From Basidiobolus meristosporus CBS 931.73 (taxonomy: Eukaryota; Fungi; Basidiobolomycota), in NCBI GenBank assembly GCA_002104905.1, contig MCFE01000352.1:24318-88317 (forward strand): 64,000 nucleotides of DNA, read 5' to 3'. The notes under the pieces are model-generated. The model did not search any database, was not told the origin of the DNA, and was given only the letters and a program-made list of their open reading frames with translations. Shown piece by piece: positions 37,572-49,800 of the stretch. Both the position numbers and the translations under genes were made by a program. Numbering within the stretch: position 1 is the stretch's first letter; each line of letters opens with the position of its first letter.

Positions 37572-38025
37572 ATGATTTCACGTGCATATACAGCATATAT
37601 CCATTCACTGTCCCCTTGTCCTACCCATAGTAACATCAAAGAAAGATTACATAGACCGCGTCTTTTTTTGTAGAACACTCACATCACTCTAACATCCACA
37701 ATAAACCGCTAAATCCATTTTAGAAGGAATCTACTCTGCTCTTCCGATTCATCCCGTATGTTGAGGTATACGTGTCTGTGGGGAGCATACCATAGGACCA
37801 GGTTGTGTGTTCGAGAAAAGGGATTGTTTCCAAGTATGTGTATACCCCGCAGCCACCTCCCTGGCTATTGGGCCGGGTATTGAAACATGCCCGAATCCCT
37901 CAGATTAATCCCCATTAGTCGTTCCTTGTGACCATTCACTTTTTTATTACTACGAATCAATTGAGGCAAGCCGGAAGAATGGGCCAATCCGTATGTTTTT
38001 CCACGCAAGGGCGATTTGCATCTGG

Positions 38026-41000
38026 CTACTCGATTACTTTCCACTAATGTAGGGTACAACGGTTCGTCCATCATTTAGCAACAAGTCCACGATAACATGA
38101 CGTGATAGAACAAACCTGAATTACACAGCCGTCCATGCCGCCGGTAGAGAGCACGTACTCGCCATCGCAAGAGAATGCCACGTTGGTGACGAAGGACGAG
38201 TGTCCTTTGTAAGATTTGGCGGGCGCCTACAATGAGCATTGTCGTTAGGGAGGATTGAGGTTGTGCAGAAGAGCCCAGGGGTTCTTACGTTTTCTCTGTA
38301 TGCTGGGTAGCTGTATAGTTTGACTTGGGAACGGGTATTTCCGCTCACCAGAACATTTCCTCTGGGGCTCCTGGAAACGGCATAGATCTAAGGTGCGTGG
38401 GGTCCGAGTTACACACGATCGGATAGATTTAAATGAGCATCACTTACCTCCCGGCCAGTCATCCAGGATTCTTGGGTGCCTAGAGTTGGCCAGCCAATAG
38501 GGCATTCGTAGGTATTCCAGTCAACATCAGAGAGCTTGGAAGGGTGTTTTTGTTGTTCACACGATGGTATTTGCCCTGCGTATGGATGGTCCAAGATGAG
38601 TTCAGACATTTGTGGTTGAATCATTTGCCAAGGAGCGCTTACAAAACAACAGTTCAGAGTCGATGCTATTTGATTGTAGATGTTGTGAGTCATTTGACCA
38701 GTCCATTCGTGTCACCCTGCTCGAATGTCCCTATTGTGAAACGGCGGAGGTCTGAACAAACAGTCCACTTGAAAGCCCATGGGAAATACATACATGACAG
38801 GTCCCAATGTGTTTCCATCCTTTTGTTGCGTATATATCGATACCGGTGTCCGCTGAGAATGCCCCGATAGCGAGATATTCCCCATTTGGGGAGTATTTCA
38901 CAACATGTTGCCAACTATCTATGGTTTGGGCTTTCTTCGGCTCAATTTCGTGGATTTTGGTGAGCCCTTGTAGCTCCAAGATGATCAACTACGTGGATGG
39001 TTGTGTTATCCAAACATGCACGGACATTTATGCCGATGCATATGCGAATAGATCTACCTTGTCTGTTACTGCTGTGACAGCTATCTGTTGCTCCCTCGGA
39101 TGAATTGCCACTGAACGCAACGGAATGCCCAAATTTACCTTGTGAATCTGTTTCCAAGCGAATGGTTAGCACATTCAAATTGTTCGGTGCGTTATGCACT
39201 AACCAATTTCTTTTGGTGCATATCCCAGTGCGCTACCACTTGATCATCACCACAGGTAACAAATTCTGGCGCGTCCGGATGTGTAGCAAGCCCCCATACT
39301 TCGCTCATCTTAAAGCTGTCGTGAGCCTTGGGGATTTGGTTAGCGGTGTGGGTTCCGTCTGATCTATTTCAATCCACACGTACCATCACAAGTACTTTTG
39401 GTTTTGCTGGATCCTTCAAGTCCAAATGATATATTACCGAATCCTCAGTGCCCACCACCAGGGTGTTTTCGTCACATTTCTCCAAAGCACGAATGCTTTT
39501 CCCAACCCCATTCCAAACCATGCGCGGGGCACTTTTGGACGAGGGTTGATGCTCCATAATTTTACCGTCTTTACCTCCACTGTAGAAATGGCCTGCACTC
39601 TTGTCGAAATGCATAGCGAAGATCGGTCCCTGCGAAATCAAACGATCAATACGAAGTTGACAAGCAGAGAATATCTCTACGAGCCTACTTGATGAGCATT
39701 CTCAATAACTCCGCTGACTTGTCGCTTCGCAATGTCCCACATGTAGATTGAGCCGTCCATACAGCCAGTAGCTATTGTACCCTTATCAATATACGTGGCG
39801 CTCAATATGGTCTATTAAGGAGCCGTTGGTGCGTTAATGCAACAATTCACCCTACATATGTGAGAATGAGTATGGTTACCTGGATCTTTCCGAGCGGTCC
39901 AAATACACCTTTCTTGCTGTTCAGTGATTGTGGGCTTCCATCAAATCGCCAAAATTTGACATGCTTCACTCCGAAGGCCACAAACTCGGATTCGTCAAGT
40001 GGATTGAACACTATGTCAAGTACCTAGATATACAGCATAAGATGCTTGTCCACGCCGAAGCTCAGTTGTGTGATACGATGCTCACCAAATCCGAATGGCC
40101 GCTAGTGGAGATGACCGGCTCGCTGCTCGCTTTCCAATCGAACATCTCAATCTAAGCAAACGGATGAGCTAAGAAAGATCGATGCAGTAGTGGGATCCTT
40201 GTTTACCGTATGATCTTTGTCTTTGCAAACAGCGACCAGGTACTTGCCATTGGGTGAAAAGGTGACCGAGACAACTCCTTTAAACACGGTTCCTTGTCCA
40301 CATTTCAGAGTTGCAACCGGAGAGTCCTCCGGTTTTTTGGATTTCCAGATATGCACCTTTACTCCTCCCTCAGGGTCGTTGACCGATGCGACGTCCCCAG
40401 TAGCTACGTATTCGCCAGAAGGGTGTACGGCTATGCTAATGACATCGTCGTTGTGGCCTGTGAAAAATCGCTGGGTGTCGGATTTCAGGTCATGAACTAT
40501 TCCTAAAGATCCAGCGAAGTAGACAATGCGTGGTGATTCGCCAGTTGCGTTGGGTAGGGTGAATATGTTATTGCGACAATCGCGGGTACGATATCCGTAC
40601 ACACGGTCTATTTGAAGCGATTCATTAGGTGTGTTGTTGGCTGATGGGATGAATTGGCTAGGCGGATATATAGCACCAGCCCATGGTTGGCTCCCCTAAG
40701 TAAGGATGTTAAATTACTGCCTGGACGTGAAGAAAAAGAACCAACTACTGTAGTGTTGCTTCTAGCATCGGAACTAGCGTTGCCTAAATTGAGATCAACA
40801 GTGTAAGCTTAAGCCTGTATCGATGGTTCTAAACAACCTACTATTTTCTTGTACTACTCGAAGGCCAAAGCGTAGTTGTCCCTACAAAAACCATTGTGTC
40901 AATAAAACGATGGGCCATATGCATCCCCAAACCCCATTCTCCTGGGTACCTGACTCTCAGCTATTGGTAAAGTTTTTTCGACTAGAGAGTTCAGAGAAAG

Positions 41001-41437
41001 CTCCGAGAAATCGTATTCAACCTCCCCCAAAGGGTCGTCGTTGGAGAGGAAATCACGGTCGAACAGAGTGAATTTTATCTGTTTTAACAAAGGTGAGTCT
41101 TTCGGAAATCCACAGACGCGAGTACAGTGTAATTACCTTGGAATCTCCCTCGGCCACATATAACTTGAAAACTAGAGTTCCACACGGGATTCAGATTTTC
41201 GTGGACGGTCTTGGATTGCGCACGCTGACTACCTTTACCGGTCCCTACAGTCATCACCACGTAGGGGTCAGAAGAATCTAGTTTTGGGAGGAGCAGATTT
41301 GAACAGCTATTACTATAAGGGGCGTTTGCCAGGATAACTGCACGGTACTTACTGGTCTCCTTATCCATCGCAGTTAGGCCTTTCGCTTCGTGCAACTGCA
41401 CCTCAATGTAGGTTACTTTTTCGCTTTGGACAACCAT
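38026..41437 (-). CDS. C2 domain + EML (HELP + WD40 TAPE domain) fusion protein (multi-exon; apparent +1 homopolymer frameshift at 41168-41171)
   Basis: C2: IEVQLHEAKGLTAMD..SDPYVVMTVG...SKTVHENLNPVWN, IKFTLFDRDFLSNDDPLGEV. HELP: RVYGYRTRDCRNN..IVYFAGSLGIVHD...QRFFTGHNDDVISIAVHP. EML C-terminus: YKGHSSFVTNVAF...LSTGGMDGCVIQWKVIE*. Confidence 0.88.
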
Positions 41438-41792
41438 GATTCTGTTCGAGCTTCTGACAAGGATTTACTGGGTATAGCCTTTCTGAATTCGAAGTTTAAG
41501 ATCGAAGCTGGTGGCTGATGTGACTGCCGACGAGGTACGTAAAGGAGATAGGGCTCATCGATTGGTTTCTCCATTATATTAGGTCTAACAATCATCAGCC
41601 TTCTAATATATCGTGCATGTCAGAGTGAAAGTAACTAACGCTTCTTACTGCTGAGCATTCCGGAACACATTAATCATGATGATAGAGTCGGGTAATATGG
41701 GTGGGTAAGTATTACATTCCCAAGTACATGTGTTCTGCCTTGATCGGCAAGTGGGCACTGAAGGAGAATATTACAATTTAGGAACCATCAGC

Positions 41793-41900
41793 TGTCCAGT
41801 GTTACATCGCACTGTCTCTGGATATATGTTGTCCAGTGTTACATCGCACTGTCTCTGGATATATGTTGTCCAGTGTTACATTGCACTGACTGTAGATATA
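41793..41900. repeat. ~2.9 x 37-bp tandem repeat upstream of the C2-EML gene
   Basis: Unit tgtccagtgttacatcgcactgtctctggatatatgt at 41793 and 41830, plus a diverged third copy at 41867. Confidence 0.92.
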
Positions 41901-42128
41901 CTATATTGGACACCGCTAGCCCGTACATGATGTCGGGGAAAAGCTTAAGACCCAGCATGCATATGTTCAAAGGGTGAAATGAATATTTATGTAGGTGTCA
42001 TATATTATAGGTGCTATATATTATTAAAATTAATGCAAGTGATATTACAGGGCTCGGTTGGATTCGGCTGATTTAATAGAGCCATTGTTATGCTACATGT
42101 CAAGTGGCGGTGAGTCAGAAAATGCAGA

Positions 42129-43226
42129 CTAGCAAGAGGCCAGCACTTGTGCAACAGACACTTTGCTTAGGTAGCCCTCATCCTCCTGGTCGTCCTTAGT
42201 AATGATCGGACTGCTGTCCGTGGGGAAGAAGCTCTCGTCGTTGGAGCTGGGGTGCTTTGACATCTCAAAGGAATCATGCCACCCCTCCTTATCGTCGGTG
42301 ATTTCAGGGTTCCCCATCCACTGCCGATATAGCTTGTATAGAATCGGATCCATCAAAAAGGCAACAAAGTTGAATACGCCGGGTGATGAGGAGGTCACCA
42401 CCCTAATCAGGTCAATGGCGTAATTATGCTTGGCCGGCGTAAACGAATAGAGCGTCTTTACGATGGTGAAAGTGTAGGTTAGAATCGGAACCAGCGGATA
42501 ACCAATAATCCGCTGCACTGCTCGGTGAACCTTTCTGGACGTTTCATGTGCCCTGCGCTCCATCGTGTCTTTGGTGTGCTTTGGAAGGTTGTCGTTGAGC
42601 TCGTGCGTCAGTGATCTCTTGAGCCGGCTACTTTCCCGGAAGAGTTTCCGGGCAACAATAATCACGACAGCTAAGCAAAAGATGATACCAACAATCATCC
42701 AAAAGAACATCGTCGCATATTCCCACAACAGCTCCTGAACCGAACCTCGGTCGTAGAACCAGCAGGCATCTGTCGGAACGTCGTAACCGTATTTGTTGAG
42801 AATCAGCGGGATCGCAGCACAGGCGACGGATAAAATTAATGAGGCAGAGATATAATATTTTTGTAGGTTTCGAGTGATGCGATTGAAGACAAATACTAGT
42901 AGCAAATTCAAGGCGATGCATGTTGCAAATGCCACCAGCATGATCGAGGCGAATATGTAAACGAACATGGTAAGCTTACAACCCAAGTCCAAGTGCTGGT
43001 TTTTTGGTAGATTGGCGCTGATCAACACAGCTATGACCAGAAATAAATCCGCGTAGCACATACCTAGCTGTAGCTTGAAAGAGATTCTGTTTGTGTCTTT
43101 GGGGTATTTTCGACTCAAATACATAACAACCAGAATCACTGTCAGTGAGCAGATGGCCGATAAAGGGCAGAATATTTTGATCAAAGTAGCCAACACTTCA
43201 TGCTGTGAGGGGGTTAATTCTGGCAT
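42129..43226 (-). CDS. 7-TM GPCR, cAMP-receptor-like/Git3-like class (intronless)
   Basis: Seven hydrophobic segments; RISFKLQ...ADL, GCKL in ECL1/TM3, CIALNL, YGYD...ACWF in ECL2, RIIGYPLVPIL, GVFNFVAFLMDP. Confidence 0.82.
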   Translation of the reverse strand: MPELTPSQHEVLATLIKIFCPLSAICSLTVILVVMYLSRKYPKDTNRISFKLQLGMCYADLFLVIAVLISANLPKNQHLDLGCKLTMFVYIFASIMLVAFATCIALNLLLVFVFNRITRNLQKYYISASLILSVACAAIPLILNKYGYDVPTDACWFYDRGSVQELLWEYATMFFWMIVGIIFCLAVVIIVARKLFRESSRLKRSLTHELNDNLPKHTKDTMERRAHETSRKVHRAVQRIIGYPLVPILTYTFTIVKTLYSFTPAKHNYAIDLIRVVTSSSPGVFNFVAFLMDPILYKLYRQWMGNPEITDDKEGWHDSFEMSKHPSSNDESFFPTDSSPIITKDDQEDEGYLSKVSVAQVLASC

Positions 43227-45733
43227 CTAAGTTGGCCCGTATCTAACAGGTATTTTTGCAAGTAAAATGCTTATTCAGACGGGTATATTTGTTGATAAGA
43301 GGTGGTGACAAAGGGGCTGATTTCAAGGCTGCAGCCCGAATCAGCCCTCTTTTATAAGGCTGTCGGTCGAATTTAGATTAATGAGCCACCATCACCCTTG
43401 GTGTGACAGAAACTCTGGTCAATTGGACATGAGCAACATGGGTAAACTATTATTGTGAATATCCCTCTGGTTATCATTTGGAGTTGTATATCTTTAGCAA
43501 TACAGTTTGTGAAGATTGTATAAGTGTATCTTCGATAATATAGTTTATGGAGATTGTATCAAGTATATCTTCGACAATCCGGTTTGCTCAACCTCGCTTG
43601 TGCGCCTTTCTCACCAGTGTACCCCAATCGAGGTATATGCATCATGAACAATCATGAAACCTTCACATCAGAATTAATATAACCAATTTCACCGAATCCT
43701 GCCCGTTTATATTCTGGTGCTACACAAACTGGTGAGATTCCATGTTCGTAGAGTTTTTCCATCCTTGAGTGGCTGAGCCTAATAATCGGTAGGAGCGTTG
43801 GTCACTGTACTCACTTTCAGTTACAACGAAGTTACTGTAGTCCCTCGCAGTTAAAATCGCCCCCAAATCACCTTTGTAGTATCATCCTTATGGGGAAGTC
43901 CGCTCAGTTCCCGAGGCGATTGTGTTGCAACCTCAACCAAGTTAGATTATTATGTCATCTTGTTACCTCTCCCCCCCCATGTACTTTGAGTGTTTGTGGT
44001 CAACAGAGATACTCGCCACACTGTCCTCTATACGATTTTCTCATTTCCGGATATATGAGATTTCTCATCACGGACATTCATTTATATTTTAGATGATGGT
44101 GTTTACCATGGCATTGATCCTGAGTGCTTGCTGACGTTCCCCTATCAAACCACTACCGAGAATCCACTCCCCACATATCGATAACACTAGCACCTACACT
44201 GGTACAACTACAATGTGACATTCTTCAGCTGATAACACTGGTAAGACAATCGATAGCCCTAGTAAGACCAATTGCGAAATGTACTCCCCCAAACCAATCT
44301 ATATCTCGTTCAGCATTAACCCAGAGATAGGTCAGGCTAGAATGTTTGTAATGCCAGTCGGAGTATTTAGTTATTAACCACCGCTTGAAAATGCTACACC
44401 GCTTTACTTAGTTTGGTAGTATTCCTCGAGGTTTGTGAGCGTCTCGACAGTTTGAAAAAGGTACATATTGGGGAAATATTTAGACTCGGTCGGAACATTT
44501 AAACCAAGTTCTATGAGAGTATTTCGCAGAGCATTCTATACGTGTTGGATGGTGGAGTAAAATCCAAGTAGGAATATTTTTTAACTAAATATAGGATTAT
44601 GCTGTAGGAACGGTGCGCGCCACTTTTCAATATTACCACAATTTTGAGGAATTGGGATGGTAACTGACGAAATTAATTAGCTCAAATTAATGGTGGAGCT
44701 GCTTTATAATGGTGGCTAGATGGACATGAATTTTAGAATTCTGAAAAATGGGATTGATTTTCAAGACTGGCCAATAAGTTAAACTTTTTGCAAATATAAT
44801 CCACGTTTCGCTACTTCGTCAGTTATTCAGCCAATGAGATAAACCTTGTACAAAATTTCATCCATGTTTCGCTGTTTTGTAGTTAATAATTGTAAAATCA
44901 GGGAAACACAAGTGATAGAAAAACCACCCATTTTCCATAACCTTCAATCTCCTATCTTTACTTTTTTTGCTTCCATTCTCCCAATTCAACTTCAAAAACT
45001 CTTTGAAATGGTGGGTTTTGTACATCAATACTCTTATCCTGTTTATTGTTTAGCAGCAATATTGAATCGAAATATACCAAGCCCATCTTCAATTAGCCTG
45101 GTCCGTTTTAGCAATCTCATATCTACCCACTGTCTGCTGCTCCTCCTACCACTTGTCAAAGGAAATGGCTGGAAAAGATAGGCTCTAAATCTGATAAATA
45201 CCGCGTTTTATTCACCATTTCTATGCAGACTTATATTCTGTATCTGCGATGCGTGACACAGTCAATAGTTGAAGAAGTAGTGTGAGGTCTAGAGTCATGA
45301 GGGCTTATGGTTTTCTTTCACAAGGTGATCAGCAACTAATAAGAGAGCCAGCGCTTTATGCCAAGTGGTTGAATTGGGGGATTCCAGGTTCTAAAACAGC
45401 TGTCGGGCGTCTTCGATATGCATATGGTCAATCACCAGTAGTGACACAACCTTAATACATCCGTCACTTGTTGACGTCACTTTCGGACCTATTTCGGCCT
45501 TTTGCTCCACACGTCAATTTTCACCAGACAAGAAAGCCGAAGCACGGTCGCCGATCAATGTAGCCAATTAATCACGGAGGGGAAGGTGTAACCCTGGGCT
45601 ATAGCCCAACTTGATTTAGTATGTTGCTGTCACGCTGGTGGATTTTATGGATATTTATTCTTGGCAATTATGCATCCCGCCTCTGGTTCAACAATTTAAA
45701 AGCGCTCGAGAGAACTGGCCTATCTAACTTGCA

Positions 45734-46351
45734 ATGAGCGATCCCGTATTTCTTCAGCCTCAAAACCCACCCATTATTGCCACAGAGCCTCGTTTCTGTC
45801 TCCCATATGAAATATCGCTTCACTTACGCGAGAAATTCTTCTCCTTTTCCGGAGATGACTTCAGCATCAAAGATGCCAGCAACACTGTAGAGTATTTCAA
45901 ATGCTCGGGAAGAACCTTCTCGCTAAGAGAGAAAAAAGTCCTTCTCGATAATACTGGTGCGCCGGTTCTCAACATCAGGGACCAATTCTTCGCATTGGTG
46001 CCTAACTACAAAATCTATCAAGGCTCCGATAGAAACAAGCTTCTTTTCGAAATTCGAGCCAAGTTTACCTTATTCAAGCCCAAGTTTACCCTACACTTCA
46101 CAAACTTGGCCGACGGAAACCCGATCACCTTGGAGTTGAAAGGAGACTGGCTCGCCAGAAGAACAGTTATTCGCGCTATCAATCATTTGGGAGTGACCAC
46201 TACCATTGCTCGAGTTCACTCACCCATTGGTACTGGAAGAAACTTGTTCCTCAATAAGCAGGATTACTACGTGACCATTGCTCCTGGAGTTGACATTGCT
46301 ATGATTGTTGCCATCTGCATTTGTCTGGATGAAAATGCGAAGGATGATTAG
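45734..46351 (+). CDS. LURP-one-related (LOR / Tubby C-like) protein
   Basis: LREKFFSFSGDDFSIKD..YFKCSG..FSLREKKVLLDNTGAPVLNI, LELKGDW, YYVTIAPGVDIAMIVAICICLDE. Confidence 0.88.
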   Translation: MSDPVFLQPQNPPIIATEPRFCLPYEISLHLREKFFSFSGDDFSIKDASNTVEYFKCSGRTFSLREKKVLLDNTGAPVLNIRDQFFALVPNYKIYQGSDRNKLLFEIRAKFTLFKPKFTLHFTNLADGNPITLELKGDWLARRTVIRAINHLGVTTTIARVHSPIGTGRNLFLNKQDYYVTIAPGVDIAMIVAICICLDENAKDD

Positions 46352-47031
46352 GGCAGCCGCGTTGTAGTTTTAATTTACAGAAAACCCACACTGTATTCAT
46401 AGCCATTCTTGGAAGGATAATATAGATCATTCAAATAAATCGCTAATGTTTAATGTAACAACGAGTTGTTTGTGGCTATATCTTTTATCCTGAGATTTAT
46501 CCCGACAAGATTAAGATGCTAGCGTGTATCTTTCCGAAAACGCTGCTCGTCAGGGCAGCAACTATAATGACTTTAAGCAATAAGCTTCTTGGCCCATTTC
46601 AAGTTCAAGGACTTTGATTGCTACAGTACCAACATCAAGCAATGCACCAAGATGTGCTTGGTCAACTAGCCCTCTATTTTGGAGCGAGTACTGACTGTCA
46701 AAAATACCCTCCCTCCAACTAGTCATGACAACATGAATTTGGTTAATCGGGCACATTTCCCTCGACTCTTCCCGGGAATGTTGTGAATACGATGGGGTTT
46801 ACCAAAACTAGTAAACCAAACAAGCCGCTTTCTTCCGAATAAAGAGATCGTGGTTGCTGTTTGGATCTTTAGCCAGCTAAGAATGTGGATTTAAAAATAA
46901 CTTTTGGGATCTAGTTCGAGCAAGATCAGTTCCATATTTGTGTCCTCTTCTATGCTGGAACTTCAAGATTTTTAGATATAAGTCAAGAGATTGGTCCGTG
47001 ATTTGTGAAATACTCTTCACTTCTATTCACT

Positions 47032-48386
47032 ATGGTCTTCAAGAAGGTAAGGAGGATAGAAACTGCCGGCGAATTCTCTTGGCTAATCCATTCGTACTGT
47101 AGATTTGTTTGTTGACCTTGTTGACTTACTTCAGTAGTCAGGTCAGTGCCATTTGCGAGCATTATAACGCTACATGCTCCGAGTTCGCTCCTTGTTGTTA
47201 TGAAGGCTGGTGCAACACTGGCCAGAACTGCCTTGCCATCAACTGTGATGCTGCCAACAGTTACCCAGGTAGTTGTTACCCCAAGCCATTGTGCGTGAGT
47301 TTTACCGATACTTTCGATAAGAACGATCTCATTGAAATATCGAAGTTCAATGGTGATCCAAACATTGGCTACGAATGGATGAGCCAGTTTCTTCCAAATA
47401 ACGCGGCCATTGAAGATGGCCAGCTTGTCTTGAGCATGCCACTTGCAACCGAGAAGAATCAGTATGGCCACCCTGCTGGATTCGGTGCCACCGTAGCTTC
47501 CGTAAGATGGATTCAGTATGGTACTGTCACTGCTAGAGTCAAGACCGCCTCTATCTCTCCTGGTGTCGTGACTTCCTTCATCATCCACAATCCCGAAGGT
47601 GACGAGATCGATTTCGAGTGGGTTGGTGGAAAACCTGACGAGGTTCAAACCAATTACTATTACAATGGCGAGTTTACAACCAAGAATCAGGCTTCGTTCT
47701 CTGTTGGAGGTGATAGCGCATCTGAATTCCACGAGTATATGTTCCAATGGGAAGAGGAGTTCATTAAGTTCTACGTCAACAAGAAGGTTGTCAGAACTGT
47801 CTACAAGAAGGATACCTGGGATGACAAGGCAAAGGTCTATAAATATCCCGCCAGAATGGCCCTCGTCCATCTTGGCATTTGGGATGGTGGTGTGGGTGTT
47901 CCCGGAACCACTAAGTGGGCAGGAGGTTTGACTAACTGGAGCAATCCAAAAACCGTCTACAAGGCCTACTTTGACTACGTTGATATTCAATGCAAATACA
48001 ATGGCAACCAGACGGTTCCATGGGTCACACCTACTCTCCCCAAACCATCTACCTACACATCCTCAAGCACCTCGACCACCTCCTCCACAAGCTCCTCCAC
48101 CAAGTCGACTGCGGCCACCAGCTCTGCCTCTTCCACCACCGCCTCCTCTTCGGCCTCTAGCTCATCTACCTCAACCTCCAGCACATCTACCTCCTCATCT
48201 GCATCCAACAGTGTTTCATCGAACACGGATTCCTCAAGCTCGGAGGGTCCCCAGCCAGAGCCTAGTCATCAGGGAGATTCGAAGACAGACTCTACCAAAT
48301 CGGATCATACAAACTCAGCTTCAAAGGTCTTTGGCTCCGCCCTTATGGGGGCCGTGTTCTTATTCACTAGCTACATTATGAATTAA
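47032..48386 (+). CDS. GH16 Crh/Utr2-type chitin transglycosylase, Cys-rich N-terminus, S/T stalk, GPI signal (intron 47047-47102)
   Basis: C..FAPCCYEGWCNTGQNC..CDAANSY..C..KPLC; YGTVTARVK..GVVTSFI..EGDEIDFEWVG; FHEY..W; GIWDGG..GT..WAGG..W; hydrophobic tail. Confidence 0.92.
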
Positions 48387-49099
48387 TAATTTCCACAAGT
48401 GCCAAGATCTCCTGAATCTCATTCTTTACACTACACTATCCTTATTTACCTCTTTACCTCAGAATAGAACCCTGATAAATGTATTGCCTGACGATTAAAC
48501 AAATACGGTTGTTCAGCATTTCGGTTCTTGTGTATCACAATAGATTAGCGGTATGTACCAACAATCCGTATCGTGATTGATCTTCTTGATTAGGAAATGG
48601 CTATCTTGGATGAATTCTAACCTTCCAGAAGCTCTCTTTCCAACGAACATTTAAAAGCACAGTTGAACCATGGAACATTCTTTCCAAATACGACAATGGA
48701 CGTGAGTGACCGCGTGAAATTCAATTTAGTGCAGCTTCTAGTTTGGCTAATCTCCAAGTTAAACTCTAATCGAGATTCTGGAATAATGATGATTGAAACT
48801 CAAAATTGGCGAAGTATTGTAAGTAGGTTAAACCGTTTCTGACAACAACTTTGGGGAGATAGGGGGCTCTGGCTCTATGCAATATGGCGAAAGTATATTA
48901 CTGTCCGCTGTATCAGTGATTTTGTTTCAACATAGCTGATATGGCTACTAGATGTTATTATTCCCTTCTTTCGGCATGAACTGCCTACGTTTTCTTTTAC
49001 AGAACAGGCTATATGCTCTGTAGCAAATTCAGAATCTGAAAATTATTTGGAATGTCAGCAAAAGTGTGATTTCACATATTGGTTTATATCAAGCATAAC

Positions 49100-49460
49100 T
49101 ACCCCTTAAGAAAAGGCCAGCAGAATACCATCGTAATATCAGCTGGATTCCAAGTTTCTCAAAACTGACAGCTCTCAATATCTCAGTTACTAGCTGTTGT
49201 ACAGACAAGTAGCCAAATTTTCCAAGAGGTGACTAGGCCAACTAGCATTCATAGCATTATTGGTAATCAGCTGCTCCCTACTTTCATCAAAAATTGCAAC
49301 TGAATATTTGAAGGAAAAACACCGGCTGAATACCAGCAAAATACCAGCTGAAATCAGATGAATTCCAAATTTGAGATTTTTCAATGGGTACCTTGGTAAC
49401 CTTGCCCTAATGTTATGAATGTGTTGCCCCTGAATGATGTAGACAAACTCTGCTTGAAAA
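49100..49460 (-). repeat. Unclassified dispersed repeat, copy B
   Basis: Reverse complement aligns with ~8960-9362; interrupted or bounded by the Copia solo LTR at 49461. Confidence 0.7.
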
Positions 49461-49800
49461 TGTTGCAAATTTCATAATTACACCTGAGTATTCCGTTAAC
49501 TTTGTCACTTTGATTGTAGTCTATGAGTCCTAGAATACCTTGCCCAAATTCTTTGATGGGATTTACCTGTAATATTTTGCCAAAGCATCAGGTACCCTGG
49601 ACACAAAAATTTGATAAGCTGCCCAAAGGTCCCCAAGCTTTGCACACTTGTTGTTGAGTCCTTCCTAAGCATATTGTAAGTGTTTGTTTTGCCAAGACTA
49701 AATAAAATTATAAATATCGCTTTTACATTCAGTCAAGTGCAAACCAAATAGTCTACTTATTCTGCCAATCACTTCCATTTTCTCCAAAACTGTTACAACA
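49461..49800 (+). mobile_element. Copia solo LTR, diverged (340 bp)
   Basis: TGTTGC...TTACAACA homologous to 57905-58253; GAAAA on both sides (49456-49460, 49801-49805) is a 5-bp TSD. Confidence 0.88.

Noticed and set aside
39812-39879. TCCTTAAT (U12-like branch) in a C2-EML intron
   Set aside because: Donor is GTAACC rather than GTATCCTT, the motif abuts the AG, and a U2-type branch (CATTAAC) lies upstream: treated as U2.
41793-41900. 37-bp palindromic repeats resembling a CRISPR array
   Set aside because: Units are directly adjacent with no unique spacers, there are no cas genes, and the context is eukaryotic: a minisatellite.
46983-47990. 335-aa antisense ORF over the GH16 gene (similarly 12600-13205, 15191-15784, 16636-17313)
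   Set aside because: Opposite-strand shadows of well-supported genes, with no domain signal.
11311-48386. GPI12 near several GPI-anchored protein genes as a functional cluster
   Set aside because: The genes are dispersed among unrelated housekeeping genes, and GPI proteins are common; no clustering evidence.
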